This document shows, piece by piece, positions 1-7,293 of a stretch of 32,000 nt of DNA. Both the position numbers and the translations under genes were made by a program. The notes under the pieces are model-generated. The model saw nothing but the letters and a program-made list of their open reading frames with translations. It ran no database searches and was not told the DNA's origin. Source of the DNA: Pseudodesulfovibrio mercurii (lineage in GTDB: Bacteria; Desulfobacterota; Desulfovibrionia; Desulfovibrionales; Desulfovibrionaceae); assembly GCF_000189295.2 (NCBI RefSeq), contig NC_016803.1, positions 2,820,001 through 2,852,000 on the forward strand, written 5' to 3'. Positions within the stretch are counted from its first letter, which is position 1. The number at the start of each line of letters is the position of its first letter.

Positions 1-440
1 AGCGGCTGCCCCTGACCGCGCGCCTGGGGGTCATCGAATTCGACGGCCGCGACGAGGCGACCCTGGCGGACGCGGTCAGCCTGACCCGCGACTTCCGCTC
101 CCTGGGGCTGGACCTGCTCGACGTCAGCCTGGGCTTTTCCACCCCGGACGCGAACATACCCTGGGGCCCGGCCCTGCTGGCGCCCTATGCCCAACGCATC
201 CGCAACGAGGCGGGCATCCCGGTGTCCTCGGCCTGGAACATCGACACCCCGGAGCTGGTCCGCGACGTCCTGGCCCGCGAGCAGATGGACCTGGTCATGC
301 TCGGCCACCGGCACCTGGTCAACCCCCACTATCCCTACGAGCTGGCCAGGGCCCTGGGCGTCGAAAACCCGGCCCGGACGACCCTCCCCCCGTCCTATGC
401 CCACTGGCTGGACCGTTACCGGGCCAGCGACGAGCGGTAG
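1..440 (+). CDS. NADH:flavin oxidoreductase (Old Yellow Enzyme family), C-terminal part; the 5' end lies outside the window
   Basis: Frame 3 is open from the window edge to the TAG at 438-440. The translation ...LDLLDVSLGFSTPDANIPWGPALLAPYAQRIRNEAGIPVSSAWNIDTPELVRDVLAREQMDLVMLGHRHLVNPHYPYELA resembles the C-terminal TIM-barrel part of YqjM/NamA-type OYEs. Confidence 0.7.
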   Translation, partial: RLPLTARLGVIEFDGRDEATLADAVSLTRDFRSLGLDLLDVSLGFSTPDANIPWGPALLAPYAQRIRNEAGIPVSSAWNIDTPELVRDVLAREQMDLVMLGHRHLVNPHYPYELARALGVENPARTTLPPSYAHWLDRYRASDER

Positions 441-467
441 ACGGTTCGCACGCGACCACGCGGGACA

Positions 468-501
468 ACGCCCCGGAAGCCTCGGCCTCCGGGGCGTTTT
501 T
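468..501 (+). terminator. Rho-independent terminator after the OYE gene
   Basis: Stem acgccccgga (468-477) pairs with tccggggcgt (488-497) and is followed by a T-run (497-501). Confidence 0.7.
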
Positions 502-565
502 GCGTCGCGGCCGCCGGGGCGGGGATAGCATGTTACCGTTGCGTTAAAATAATAGCTGAAGACAT

Positions 566-590
566 TTTGTCCGGGTACTGTCGGGACAAA
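566..590. promoter_or_regulatory. Imperfect inverted repeat upstream of the MCP gene, a possible operator
   Basis: tttgtccg-N8-cgggacaaa lies in an AT-richer stretch (taaaataat at 545-553) about 70 nt upstream of the ATG at 659. Only the repeat itself is seen; any function is a guess. Confidence 0.2.
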
Positions 591-658
591 TGGCTTCGGT
601 GAGGGGAACTGGCCTGGAAGGGATCAGTGTACATGAAGTTTTAACGGCAGGAGAGGAA

Positions 659-2806
659 ATGCAGTTCAAATCCATCAAGACAAAGATCGTCGTCATGGCG
701 GGAGGATGTCTCCTGACGACCGTGGTGGTGCTGGTCGGCATCCAGATGTTTTCCCAGTCGCGGTCGGACCGGTTCGTGGGGGAAAAGGTCAACGAACTGA
801 TCGAGAAGGAAACGAGTCAGAGCCTGATGGCCGTGGCCCAGCGCGAGGCGGGGACCATCAGCCGGAAACTGAACATCAACCTGGATACCGCGAGGACCAT
901 CGCCGACGCCTTCAATGCGGTCAGGAAGGCCTCGGGCGCGGGGGCTTCGTTCAACCTGCGGACCGCGTTCAACGACATCCTGCTCAGGGTGCTTGAGAAC
1001 AACACGGAATTTCTGGGGGCCTACAGCGCCTGGGAGCCCGAGGCCCTGGACGGGCAGGACGCCCTCCACGCCGGGGACAAGGAGTCGGGCCACGACGCCA
1101 CCGGGCGGTTCGTGCCCTATTGGAACCGCGACGAGAGCGGCCGCATCGCGCGCCAGGCCCTGGTCGGGTACGAGGACGCCTCCAAGCATCCCAACGGGGT
1201 GACCAAGGGCGGCTGGTACCTGTTCCCCCGCGAGCGGGGCAGGGAAAACATTCTCGATCCCTTCCCGTACATCGTTCAGGGCCGCCAGGAGTGGCTGACG
1301 ACCATGTCCGCTCCCATCGTGGCCGACGGGAAGTTCCTGGGCGTGGCCGGCACCGACCTGCGGCTCAAGTTCATCCAGCAGCTGAGCGAGGAGGTGGCCA
1401 AGTCCCTGTACGGCGGCGAGGCCCGCGTGCAGGTCGTCAGCTATCTCGGCATCGTGGTCGCGGACAGCCGTAATCCGGACTCGGTGGGCAGGCCGTTCAA
1501 GGACGTCTACCAGGGCGACTGGAAAAAGATCGTGGACAGCATTCAGGGCAGCAAGTCCTATGCCGACATGACGCCGGGCAGGAAGACCGTCGACGTCAGC
1601 GCCCCCATCGAATTGGGCCGCACCGGGACCCCCTGGGGCATCCTGATCGAGGTGGACCGCAACGTGGTCTTTGCCGAGGCCCGGCACCTGGCCGAGGTCA
1701 TGGCCGAAAATTCGCAAAACAACGTGGTCATCGGCGTGAGCGCGGGCGCGGTCATCGTGCTCCTGGCCTGCCTGGTCCTCTGGTTCCTGGCCAACAGCCT
1801 GGTTGCGCCGGTGCGCAAGGCCGTGGCCTTCGCCGAGAAGATCGCGGGCGGCGACTTCGTGGACAACCGCATCGACGTCAAGCAGAAGGATGAAATCGGC
1901 GTCCTGTCGAGGACCCTGAAGGACATGGCCGACAAGCTCAAGGGCGTGGTCGTGGACGTCAAGTCCGCCTCCGAGAGCGTGGCGTCCGGGAGCACGGAAC
2001 TGTCGGCGTCATCGCAGTCCGTGTCCGAGGGCGCGACCACGCAGGCCGCCTCCATCGAGGAGATAACCTCGTCCATGGAGGAGATGACCTCGAATATCGC
2101 CCAGAACGCCCAGAACGCCCAGGAGACCGACACCCTGGCCACCAAGGCGGCCGACGACGCGCGGGTCAGCGGCGAGGCCGTGGAACAGACCGTGGCGTCC
2201 ATGCGCAGCATCGCCGAGAAGATCTCCATCGTCGAGGAAATAGCCCGCCAGACCAACCTGTTGGCGCTCAATGCGGCCATCGAGGCCGCCAGGGCGGGCG
2301 AACACGGCAAGGGCTTCGCGGTGGTGGCGGCCGAGGTCCGCAAGCTGGCCGAGCGGAGCGGCGCTGCCGCCGCCGAGATCAGCGAGCTGTCCGGCAGCAG
2401 CGTGGAGGTCGCCGAGAAGGCGGGCGAGATGCTCAAGCGCCTGGTCCCCGACATCGAGAAGACCGCGACCCTGGTCCAGGAGATCACCGCGGCCAGCAAC
2501 GAGCAGAACGCGGGCGCGGGCCAGATCAACCATGCCATCGCCCAGCTCGACACGGTCATCCAGCAGAACGCCTCGGCGGCCGAGCAGATGGCCTCCACCA
2601 GCGCGGAGCTGGCCGGCCAGGGCAAGCACCTTCAGGAGGTCATGGCCTTCTTCCACGTGGAGGAACGCGGCATGCCGCGCACCGCCACCAAGGTGGTCAG
2701 GAACAGGCCCGCGGCCATCCCCCAGTCCAAGTCCGCCCCGGCCCGCCCCCAGGGCCTGGCCCTGGACATGGACCCGGAAGGCCGGGACGACTTCGAGCGC
2801 TTCTAG
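659..2806 (+). CDS. Methyl-accepting chemotaxis protein (double-Cache periplasmic sensor, HAMP, MA signalling domain)
   Basis: - ORF 590..2806; preferred start is the ATG at 659 ([10 protein letters not shown]...), just downstream of the purine-rich AGGAGAGG.
- TM1, then a ~300-aa periplasmic Cache-like region ([11 protein letters not shown]..., ...[19 protein letters not shown]).
- TM2, then HAMP.
- Highly conserved hairpin tip [42 protein letters not shown]. Confidence 0.93.
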   Translation: MQFKSIKTKIVVMAGGCLLTTVVVLVGIQMFSQSRSDRFVGEKVNELIEKETSQSLMAVAQREAGTISRKLNINLDTARTIADAFNAVRKASGAGASFNLRTAFNDILLRVLENNTEFLGAYSAWEPEALDGQDALHAGDKESGHDATGRFVPYWNRDESGRIARQALVGYEDASKHPNGVTKGGWYLFPRERGRENILDPFPYIVQGRQEWLTTMSAPIVADGKFLGVAGTDLRLKFIQQLSEEVAKSLYGGEARVQVVSYLGIVVADSRNPDSVGRPFKDVYQGDWKKIVDSIQGSKSYADMTPGRKTVDVSAPIELGRTGTPWGILIEVDRNVVFAEARHLAEVMAENSQNNVVIGVSAGAVIVLLACLVLWFLANSLVAPVRKAVAFAEKIAGGDFVDNRIDVKQKDEIGVLSRTLKDMADKLKGVVVDVKSASESVASGSTELSASSQSVSEGATTQAASIEEITSSMEEMTSNIAQNAQNAQETDTLATKAADDARVSGEAVEQTVASMRSIAEKISIVEEIARQTNLLALNAAIEAARAGEHGKGFAVVAAEVRKLAERSGAAAAEISELSGSSVEVAEKAGEMLKRLVPDIEKTATLVQEITAASNEQNAGAGQINHAIAQLDTVIQQNASAAEQMASTSAELAGQGKHLQEVMAFFHVEERGMPRTATKVVRNRPAAIPQSKSAPARPQGLALDMDPEGRDDFERF

Positions 2807-2852
2807 CCAAAGGGGCCGGTCCGACCAATCAGACCGATTCAACCAATCATCC

Positions 2853-2890
2853 GGGGGCGGGGCCGCAAGGTTCCGCCCCCTTGCCTTTCC
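2853..2890 (+). terminator. Probable terminator of the MCP gene
   Basis: Stem gggggcgg (2853-2860) pairs with ccgccccc (2873-2880) and is followed by the T-rich ttgcctttcc. Confidence 0.5.
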
Positions 2891-3031
2891 GTCCTTCGGG
2901 GCATCCCTCCCCGGCGTGCGGACCGATGCGGCGCATGCCCACGGCCGGATCGCCACCAAACCGACGATGGGGGCAGGGCACGGGTCGCGGGCGCACGCGA
3001 CGGTCCGGAACCGGTGCCGGCAGCAAGGCGC

Positions 3032-3082
3032 AAAAAAAACCTCAGGGCCGCCGCGTATCATCATACGCAAGGGTCTGAGGTC
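3032..3082 (-). terminator. Rho-independent terminator downstream of tRNA-Arg
   Basis: On the minus strand, cctcag...ctgagg (3075-3080 pairing with 3040-3045) encloses an inner cgtat/atacg stem. A run of eight T follows (the A-run at 3032-3039 on the plus strand). Confidence 0.6.
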
Positions 3083-3124
3083 TTTGCGGCAACGCGGCTG
3101 ACGGCGCCGCATCGCAATATTGAG

Positions 3125-3201
3125 TGGCGCGCCAGGTAGGATTCGAACCCACGGCCGTCGGCTTAGAAGGCCGATGCTCTATCCACCTGAGCTACTGGCG
3201 C
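3125..3201 (-). tRNA. tRNA-Arg, anticodon UCU, with encoded CCA
   Basis: - Reverse complement reads GCGCCAG-TA-GCTC-AGGTGGATA-GAGC-A-TCGGC-CTTCTAA-GCCGA-CGGCC-GTGGG-TTCGAAT-CCTAC-CTGGCGC-G-CCA.
- This folds into a clean 77-nt cloverleaf.
- The anticodon loop CT-TCT-AA gives TCT. Confidence 0.93.
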
Positions 3202-3295
3202 GCGTGGAAGACTCCTTAATAAAGGCTGGGCGTAGAGGTCAAGGATATTCGGCCGGGCGGCATGCGCAGGGGAGGGCTCATTCTCCGGGGATGCG

Positions 3296-3712
3296 TCATT
3301 CGCCGATGATCTTGACCAGGACCCGCTTGCGGCGGCGGCCGTCGAACTCGCCGTAGAAGATGCGCTCCCACGTGCCGAAGTCCAGACGCCCCTCGGTCAC
3401 CGCCACCACCACCTCGCGGCCCATGACCTGGCGCTTCATGTGCGCGTCCGCGTTGTCCTCGAACCCGTTGTGCCGGTATTGCGAGACCGGCTCGTGCGGG
3501 GCCAGCCGCTCCAGCCAGACCTCGTAGTCGTGGTGCAGGCCCGACTCGTCGTCGTTGATGAACACCGAGGCCGTGATGTGCATGGCGTTGACCAGGCACA
3601 GTCCCTCGCGGATGCCCGACTCGCGCAGGCACACCTCCACGTCTTCGGTGATGTTCACGAAGGCGCGCCGCGTCGGAATTTCGTAAAAGAGTTCCTTGCG
3701 ATACGATTTCAT
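3296..3712 (-). CDS. yjbQ: YjbQ/UPF0047 family protein (secondary thiamine-phosphate synthase enzyme)
   Basis: 138-aa ORF. Family-typical strings include [35 protein letters not shown], ...[47 protein letters not shown]. Confidence 0.85.
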   Translation of the reverse strand: MKSYRKELFYEIPTRRAFVNITEDVEVCLRESGIREGLCLVNAMHITASVFINDDESGLHHDYEVWLERLAPHEPVSQYRHNGFEDNADAHMKRQVMGREVVVAVTEGRLDFGTWERIFYGEFDGRRRKRVLVKIIGE

Positions 3713-4118
3713 GCCCCCTTCCTATCACGATCCGGGTTTCGGGACCACGGCAAATTGCGGCCTGGGTCCGGCGCGCTTGCCGTGGTCCGTGCGGCGCAAA
3801 CCCAGGCCCGGCGCGGGTCGTGTCACGATTCGTCGAATGCAGAAAATAATGCTTGCATTCGCGAAATGATTGTATACAAGCTCCATCCATTGGCCTGTCG
3901 CGGCACGGATTGACCTGTCCGGGCGGCGGCGGGAGCGCGGAACGCCCCTGGGGTATGCACCCCCCCGGACGCGGCTTCCGCCGGGTTCGCGCCATGTCGG
4001 CGCGCGCCAACCGTACCAAGGGGGTTTTATGTGTTTAGTTGAAGGCAGGGCAAACGGCCCGGCCCGTACGGCTAGGAGGTGTTTCGGTCACTAACCATTT
4101 ACTCACGAGGTGTCATGA

Positions 4119-4526
4119 ATGAACACTGTCGGTGTGCATTGCATTCTTGAACTCAAAGGCTGTCCTTCCCATCTGCTCGACGACGAGCAATTCATTCTCG
4201 AGACCATGGTCTCCGCATCCCAGCGGGCCATGTCCACCCTGCTCGACATAACAAGTCACAAGTTCGAGCCGCAGGGCGTAACGGCCCTGGCCCTGCTCGC
4301 GGAATCCCACATTTCCATCCACACCTGGCCCGAATCGGGCTATGCGGCCGTGGATATCTTCACCTGCGGCCAGACCGCCCGGCCCCGTATCGCCTGCGAC
4401 TACTTCGTGCGCGAATTCCAGGCCTCGGACCACACACTGACCGTGCTGCCGCGAGGCAACGGCTGCGGCTGTCACCATCCCCTGACCCCGAAAGAGGAGG
4501 CGACCCTGTGGCAGGCTCGAAGCTGA
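4119..4526 (+). CDS. speH: S-adenosylmethionine decarboxylase proenzyme (small pyruvoyl SpeH/SpeD type)
   Basis: 135 aa. It carries the self-processing motif LAESHISIHTWPE (Glu-Ser cleavage site). GAGGTG lies 6 nt upstream of the ATG. It is followed by, and overlaps, speE. Confidence 0.9.
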   Translation: MNTVGVHCILELKGCPSHLLDDEQFILETMVSASQRAMSTLLDITSHKFEPQGVTALALLAESHISIHTWPESGYAAVDIFTCGQTARPRIACDYFVREFQASDHTLTVLPRGNGCGCHHPLTPKEEATLWQARS

Positions 4527-5449
4527 GTAGCGATTACTGGATCACCGAATACATGACCGAGGACGACGTCCACCTCCACGGGGTGGAGCAGATCCTCGAC
4601 TTCAAGCGCACAGAATACCAGGAGATGTCCATCGTCCGTTCCCGGACCTTCGGCACCGGCCTGGTCCTCGACGGCAAGTGGCAGGTCTCCGAACGCGACG
4701 AGTTCCTCTACCACGAGCCGCTCGTCCACACCGCCCTGTACCAGCACGGCGCGCCCCGGCGCGTCCTGGTCCTGGGCGGTGCGGACGGCGGGGCCGTGCG
4801 CGAGGTCCTCAAGTGGCGGTCCGTGGAAAAGGCCGTCCAGGTGGAGATCGACCGCGTCGTGTACGACGCCTGCCAGGAACACCTGGCCGCCATCCACCAG
4901 GGCTGCTTCCAGAACCCCCGCGCCGAAATCCGCTTCGGCGACGCCTTCGAGGTGCTCGAAAAAGAGGGCGGCTCCTGGGACGTGATCATCTGCGACCTGT
5001 CCGATCCCCTCGAGGACAGCCCGGCCATGAACCTCTTCACCCGCGAGTTCTTCACCACCTGCCGCGAGGCCCTGGCCCCCGGCGGCGTGTTCGTCATCCA
5101 GGCCGGACCGGTCACGCCGCCCTTTGACGACGGCCACGCCCGCATCGTGCGCACCCTGGGCACCGTGTTCGAACACGTCACCCACTTCTTCTCCTGCACC
5201 CCCACCTACGTGGTCCCGCTCGGCTTCGCCCTGGGTTCCCTCAAACCCCTCGACACCGACCCGGAACCCGCCAAGGTGGACGCCCTCCTGGCCGAAAACG
5301 TGGACGGCCCGCTCAAGTTCTTCGACGGCATCGCCCTGCGCGGACTCATGAGCCCGCCCAAATACCTGCGCGACAAGGTCGCCCAGGGCGACTCTCTGTC
5401 CACCCTCCACGACCCCGCCCGCTACACCGGCACCGGCGTCAAGTCGTAG
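4508..5449 (+). CDS. speE: Spermidine synthase (polyamine aminopropyltransferase)
   Basis: 313 aa, GTG start at 4508 with GAGGAGG 9 nt upstream. It overlaps the speH end by 19 nt. Motifs seen: YQEMSIV..FGTGLVLDGKWQVSERDEFLYHEPLVH, VLVLGGADGGAVREVLK, ICDLSDP. Confidence 0.92.
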   Translation: MAGSKLSSDYWITEYMTEDDVHLHGVEQILDFKRTEYQEMSIVRSRTFGTGLVLDGKWQVSERDEFLYHEPLVHTALYQHGAPRRVLVLGGADGGAVREVLKWRSVEKAVQVEIDRVVYDACQEHLAAIHQGCFQNPRAEIRFGDAFEVLEKEGGSWDVIICDLSDPLEDSPAMNLFTREFFTTCREALAPGGVFVIQAGPVTPPFDDGHARIVRTLGTVFEHVTHFFSCTPTYVVPLGFALGSLKPLDTDPEPAKVDALLAENVDGPLKFFDGIALRGLMSPPKYLRDKVAQGDSLSTLHDPARYTGTGVKS

Positions 5450-5470
5450 ACCCGAAGGCAACATGCAAAA

Positions 5471-5517
5471 AGTCGGGCCTGCCCGGTGCGCACGCACCGG
5501 CCAGGCCCGACTTTTTT
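5471..5517. terminator. Bidirectional-looking rho-independent terminator after speE
   Basis: Stem agtcgggcctg (5471-5481) pairs with caggcccgact (5502-5512). An A-run precedes it and tttttt (5512-5517) follows. Confidence 0.8.
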
Positions 5518-5518
5518 G

Positions 5519-5645
5519 ATGCCTCCGGCGGCCGGGGGAAGGGGGAGAGGGAACCCTTTGAAAAGGGTTTCCCTCTCCCCCTTCCCCCGGACCCCCATCC
5601 CCCTCACCTTCCTAAACTTTTTATCGCCGCTTCGCGGGGTGGGGC
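5519..5645 (+). repeat. Intergenic repeat family F1, copy a (REP/MITE-like with a long palindrome)
   Basis: - Starts with atgcctccggcggccgggg.
- Contains a ~59-bp near-perfect palindrome (5532-5590) centred on gaaccctttgaaaagggtt.
- Ends with ctaaactttttat...gccgcttcgcgggg.
- The same module order recurs at 10058-10205. Confidence 0.75.
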
Positions 5646-5694
5646 GCAATGGAATGAACTTCAGTCCACCATGAGGCCGTTAATTTGGTTATTT

Positions 5695-5952
5695 CCCTTG
5701 GAGCGATTCGGCTAGCGCAGCCACCCGACAGCGGCTTTCCGCGCTAGAACTAGGCTTTGATTCGCCCCGTCCTGGGGCTCACCCCTTCGGGGCGTTGCGG
5801 AAAGACCGCAACGTCCAAATCCGCTGTCCTGCGGATTTGTCGAGAGTGGGGCAGCTGTGCATTTTCCCGGCCGCGACAACCGCAGCGTAGCCGTCTACGT
5901 GAGGATTGGCGCGGCCGGAAAAATGTGCAGATGGCCCGCTCTCGGAAGCAGC
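5695..5952 (+). repeat. Intergenic repeat family F3, copy a
   Basis: - Shares ordered blocks with the reverse complement of 20850-21096: cccttggagcgattcgg, cacccgacagcggct, gagagtggg.cagc.gt.cattttc, ccgcagcg, agccgtctacgtgaggat, ccggaaaaatgtgc.gatggcccgct.tcggaagc.
- Has an internal 21-nt imperfect inverted repeat, 5855-5875 against 5910-5930 (18/21). Confidence 0.75.
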
Positions 5953-6377
5953 TACCGTTTCTCCCACTCCCTGACATCGCCCTGGACGAGGACGAAGAGA
6001 GGGTGCGGGGCCGGTTTCAGGAGACGGGAGTCCTCAAAACGTTCCGGGGCGCGTTCCTTGAGCTTGTTGAGCAGGTGGCGCCACTCGTAGTCGAGCTGGC
6101 CGGTGGTCTCGCGGATGGGCGCGGCCTGGGCACGTTCGTCGATCTTGGTGGCGTCGAAATGGTAGCCCCGGTTGCGGGATTCGGCAAGGATGACGGCCAG
6201 GTAGGCGTCGATGGCCGCGAGCGGATCGGGGTGGTTGCGGAAGCGGACGAGCTGGGGGTGGCGGGTGTAGCCCCTGGTTTCGCCGCGCAGGACCTTGCGG
6301 GCGAGCAGGCCTTCGCGCCAGACGGCCGTGAGCCCCTTGGTGTCCAGGAACCGGGGGTGGACGGTCCACAGCCGCAT
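5952..6377 (-). CDS. Pyrimidine dimer DNA glycosylase / endonuclease V family protein
   Basis: 141 aa. The N-terminus MRLWTVHPRFLDTKGLTAVWREGLLARKVLRGETRGYTRHPQLVRF and the later ESRNRGYHFD match my memory of bacterial DenV-like (Pyr_excise) proteins. It lies 6 nt downstream of the preceding gene. Confidence 0.75.
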   Translation of the reverse strand: MRLWTVHPRFLDTKGLTAVWREGLLARKVLRGETRGYTRHPQLVRFRNHPDPLAAIDAYLAVILAESRNRGYHFDATKIDERAQAAPIRETTGQLDYEWRHLLNKLKERAPERFEDSRLLKPAPHPLFVLVQGDVREWEKR

Positions 6378-6383
6378 GGCGGC

Positions 6384-6932
6384 CTACCTCGTCTCGGCCA
6401 GGTAGCCCAGTTCGCGGGAAAAGTCGTTGGTGTCGGCGGGCTGGCCGTGGAGCAGGTGGCCCAGCCGCATCATGTCGCCCGCCGGGAAATCCTTCTGCCA
6501 GCGGGCGTAGTAGCCGGTGAAGCCGTACATCCAGAGCATCTCCGAGGCCTGGGTGAAGACCTGTCGGGCGAGCTTTTCCCAGGTGGTCTCGGTCTCGATC
6601 TTCCAGACCGGGTACTCCTCGCCGTCCACCTCGCGCTTGCCCTTGAAGTCCACGCTGATGCCGAGCACGCCGTCCGGCCTGGGGGTGACCACCCAGTAGT
6701 ACAGCCAGCCCTCGCCGCCCCACTCGAACTCGGTGTGCCGGTAGTCCACCTCCATGTCCGTGGGGGCGTCCAGCCCGCGCACGTCGCACAGGCAGCGAAA
6801 CAGGTCCTTTATGGGCTCGGAAAAATTGGAATTGACGCTCAGGTCGTAGTGCGAATCGCCCGACACCAGACGGGCCTCCAGCCATCCGGCCCGGGCCTCC
6901 GTCAGGTAGAGTTCAAAGCGCGTGTCGTCCAT
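6384..6932 (-). CDS. Hypothetical protein (183 aa, no family recognised)
   Basis: ORF 6384..7112. Preferred start is the ATG at 6932 (MDDTRFELYL...) with GGAGG 7 nt upstream. Trp/Tyr/acidic-rich, with no TM segment or signal peptide. Codon usage looks native. Confidence 0.6.
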   Translation of the reverse strand: MDDTRFELYLTEARAGWLEARLVSGDSHYDLSVNSNFSEPIKDLFRCLCDVRGLDAPTDMEVDYRHTEFEWGGEGWLYYWVVTPRPDGVLGISVDFKGKREVDGEEYPVWKIETETTWEKLARQVFTQASEMLWMYGFTGYYARWQKDFPAGDMMRLGHLLHGQPADTNDFSRELGYLAETR

Positions 6933-7293
6933 TCCAACCTCCGTGTCACAGTCTGACAGCACCCTACACAACTCGGTCCGGATAGGCAAAGGGTGCGTGC
7001 CTCCGGAACAGCTCGGAACCGGTGCCGAATCCTTGCCAGAAAAGGGTTTACAGGGTGAGCTATTTCCGCTACGTACATGACTCTTCTTAGTATGGGAGAA
7101 GAGTTGATTCATAACTTGTTTGAATTGCTCATTTTCCCCTAACGGAGCGTAAAGATGTCGGGTTCGGCCGCAAGCGCCGACCGAGCGAACGGGGCTCGCC
7201 TGCCTCGGAAACGATGACCCGCCAGCACGGAACCCTCATCTTGAAAATATACGTTAAAACTATTTTGTCCGAGGTCCGTTGTGGAGGTAACCC

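Noticed and set aside
590-658. Longer N-terminal extensions offered by the ORF track (MCP from 590). The same issue applies at 6933-7112, 13768-13950, 15273-15584, 15980-16222, 17179-17559, 22021-22257, 25141-25224, 26948-26989 and 27802-27837.
   Set aside because: In each case an internal ATG or GTG has a proper purine-rich ribosome-binding site and yields a family-typical N-terminus (signal peptide, Rossmann motif and so on). The extensions are Arg/Pro/Gly-rich or overlap the upstream gene or a repeat.
2881-3120. Short ORFs (64-65 aa on both strands) in the GC-rich gap between the MCP terminator and the tRNA terminator
   Set aside because: They have Arg/Gly/Pro-rich artefact composition, no ribosome-binding site and mutually overlapping frames. 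The region is left unassigned.
2807-3295. tRNA-Arg as an integration hotspot or genomic-island boundary
   Set aside because: There is no integrase and no direct repeat of the tRNA 3' end. Composition does not change on either side; the neighbours are a native-looking MCP gene and yjbQ.
5519-5952. Could the palindromic repeats (here, at 10058-10655 and at 20850-21386) be a CRISPR array?
   Set aside because: There is no regular repeat-spacer periodicity. The units differ in length and orientation, are scattered at three loci, and no cas genes are present. They look like REP/MITE-like elements instead.
5757-6956. A 399-aa plus-strand ORF across repeat F3 and opposite the glycosylase/hypothetical pair
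   Set aside because: It begins inside a dispersed repeat and is antisense to a gene with a clear DenV-like N-terminus. Its composition is an artefact.
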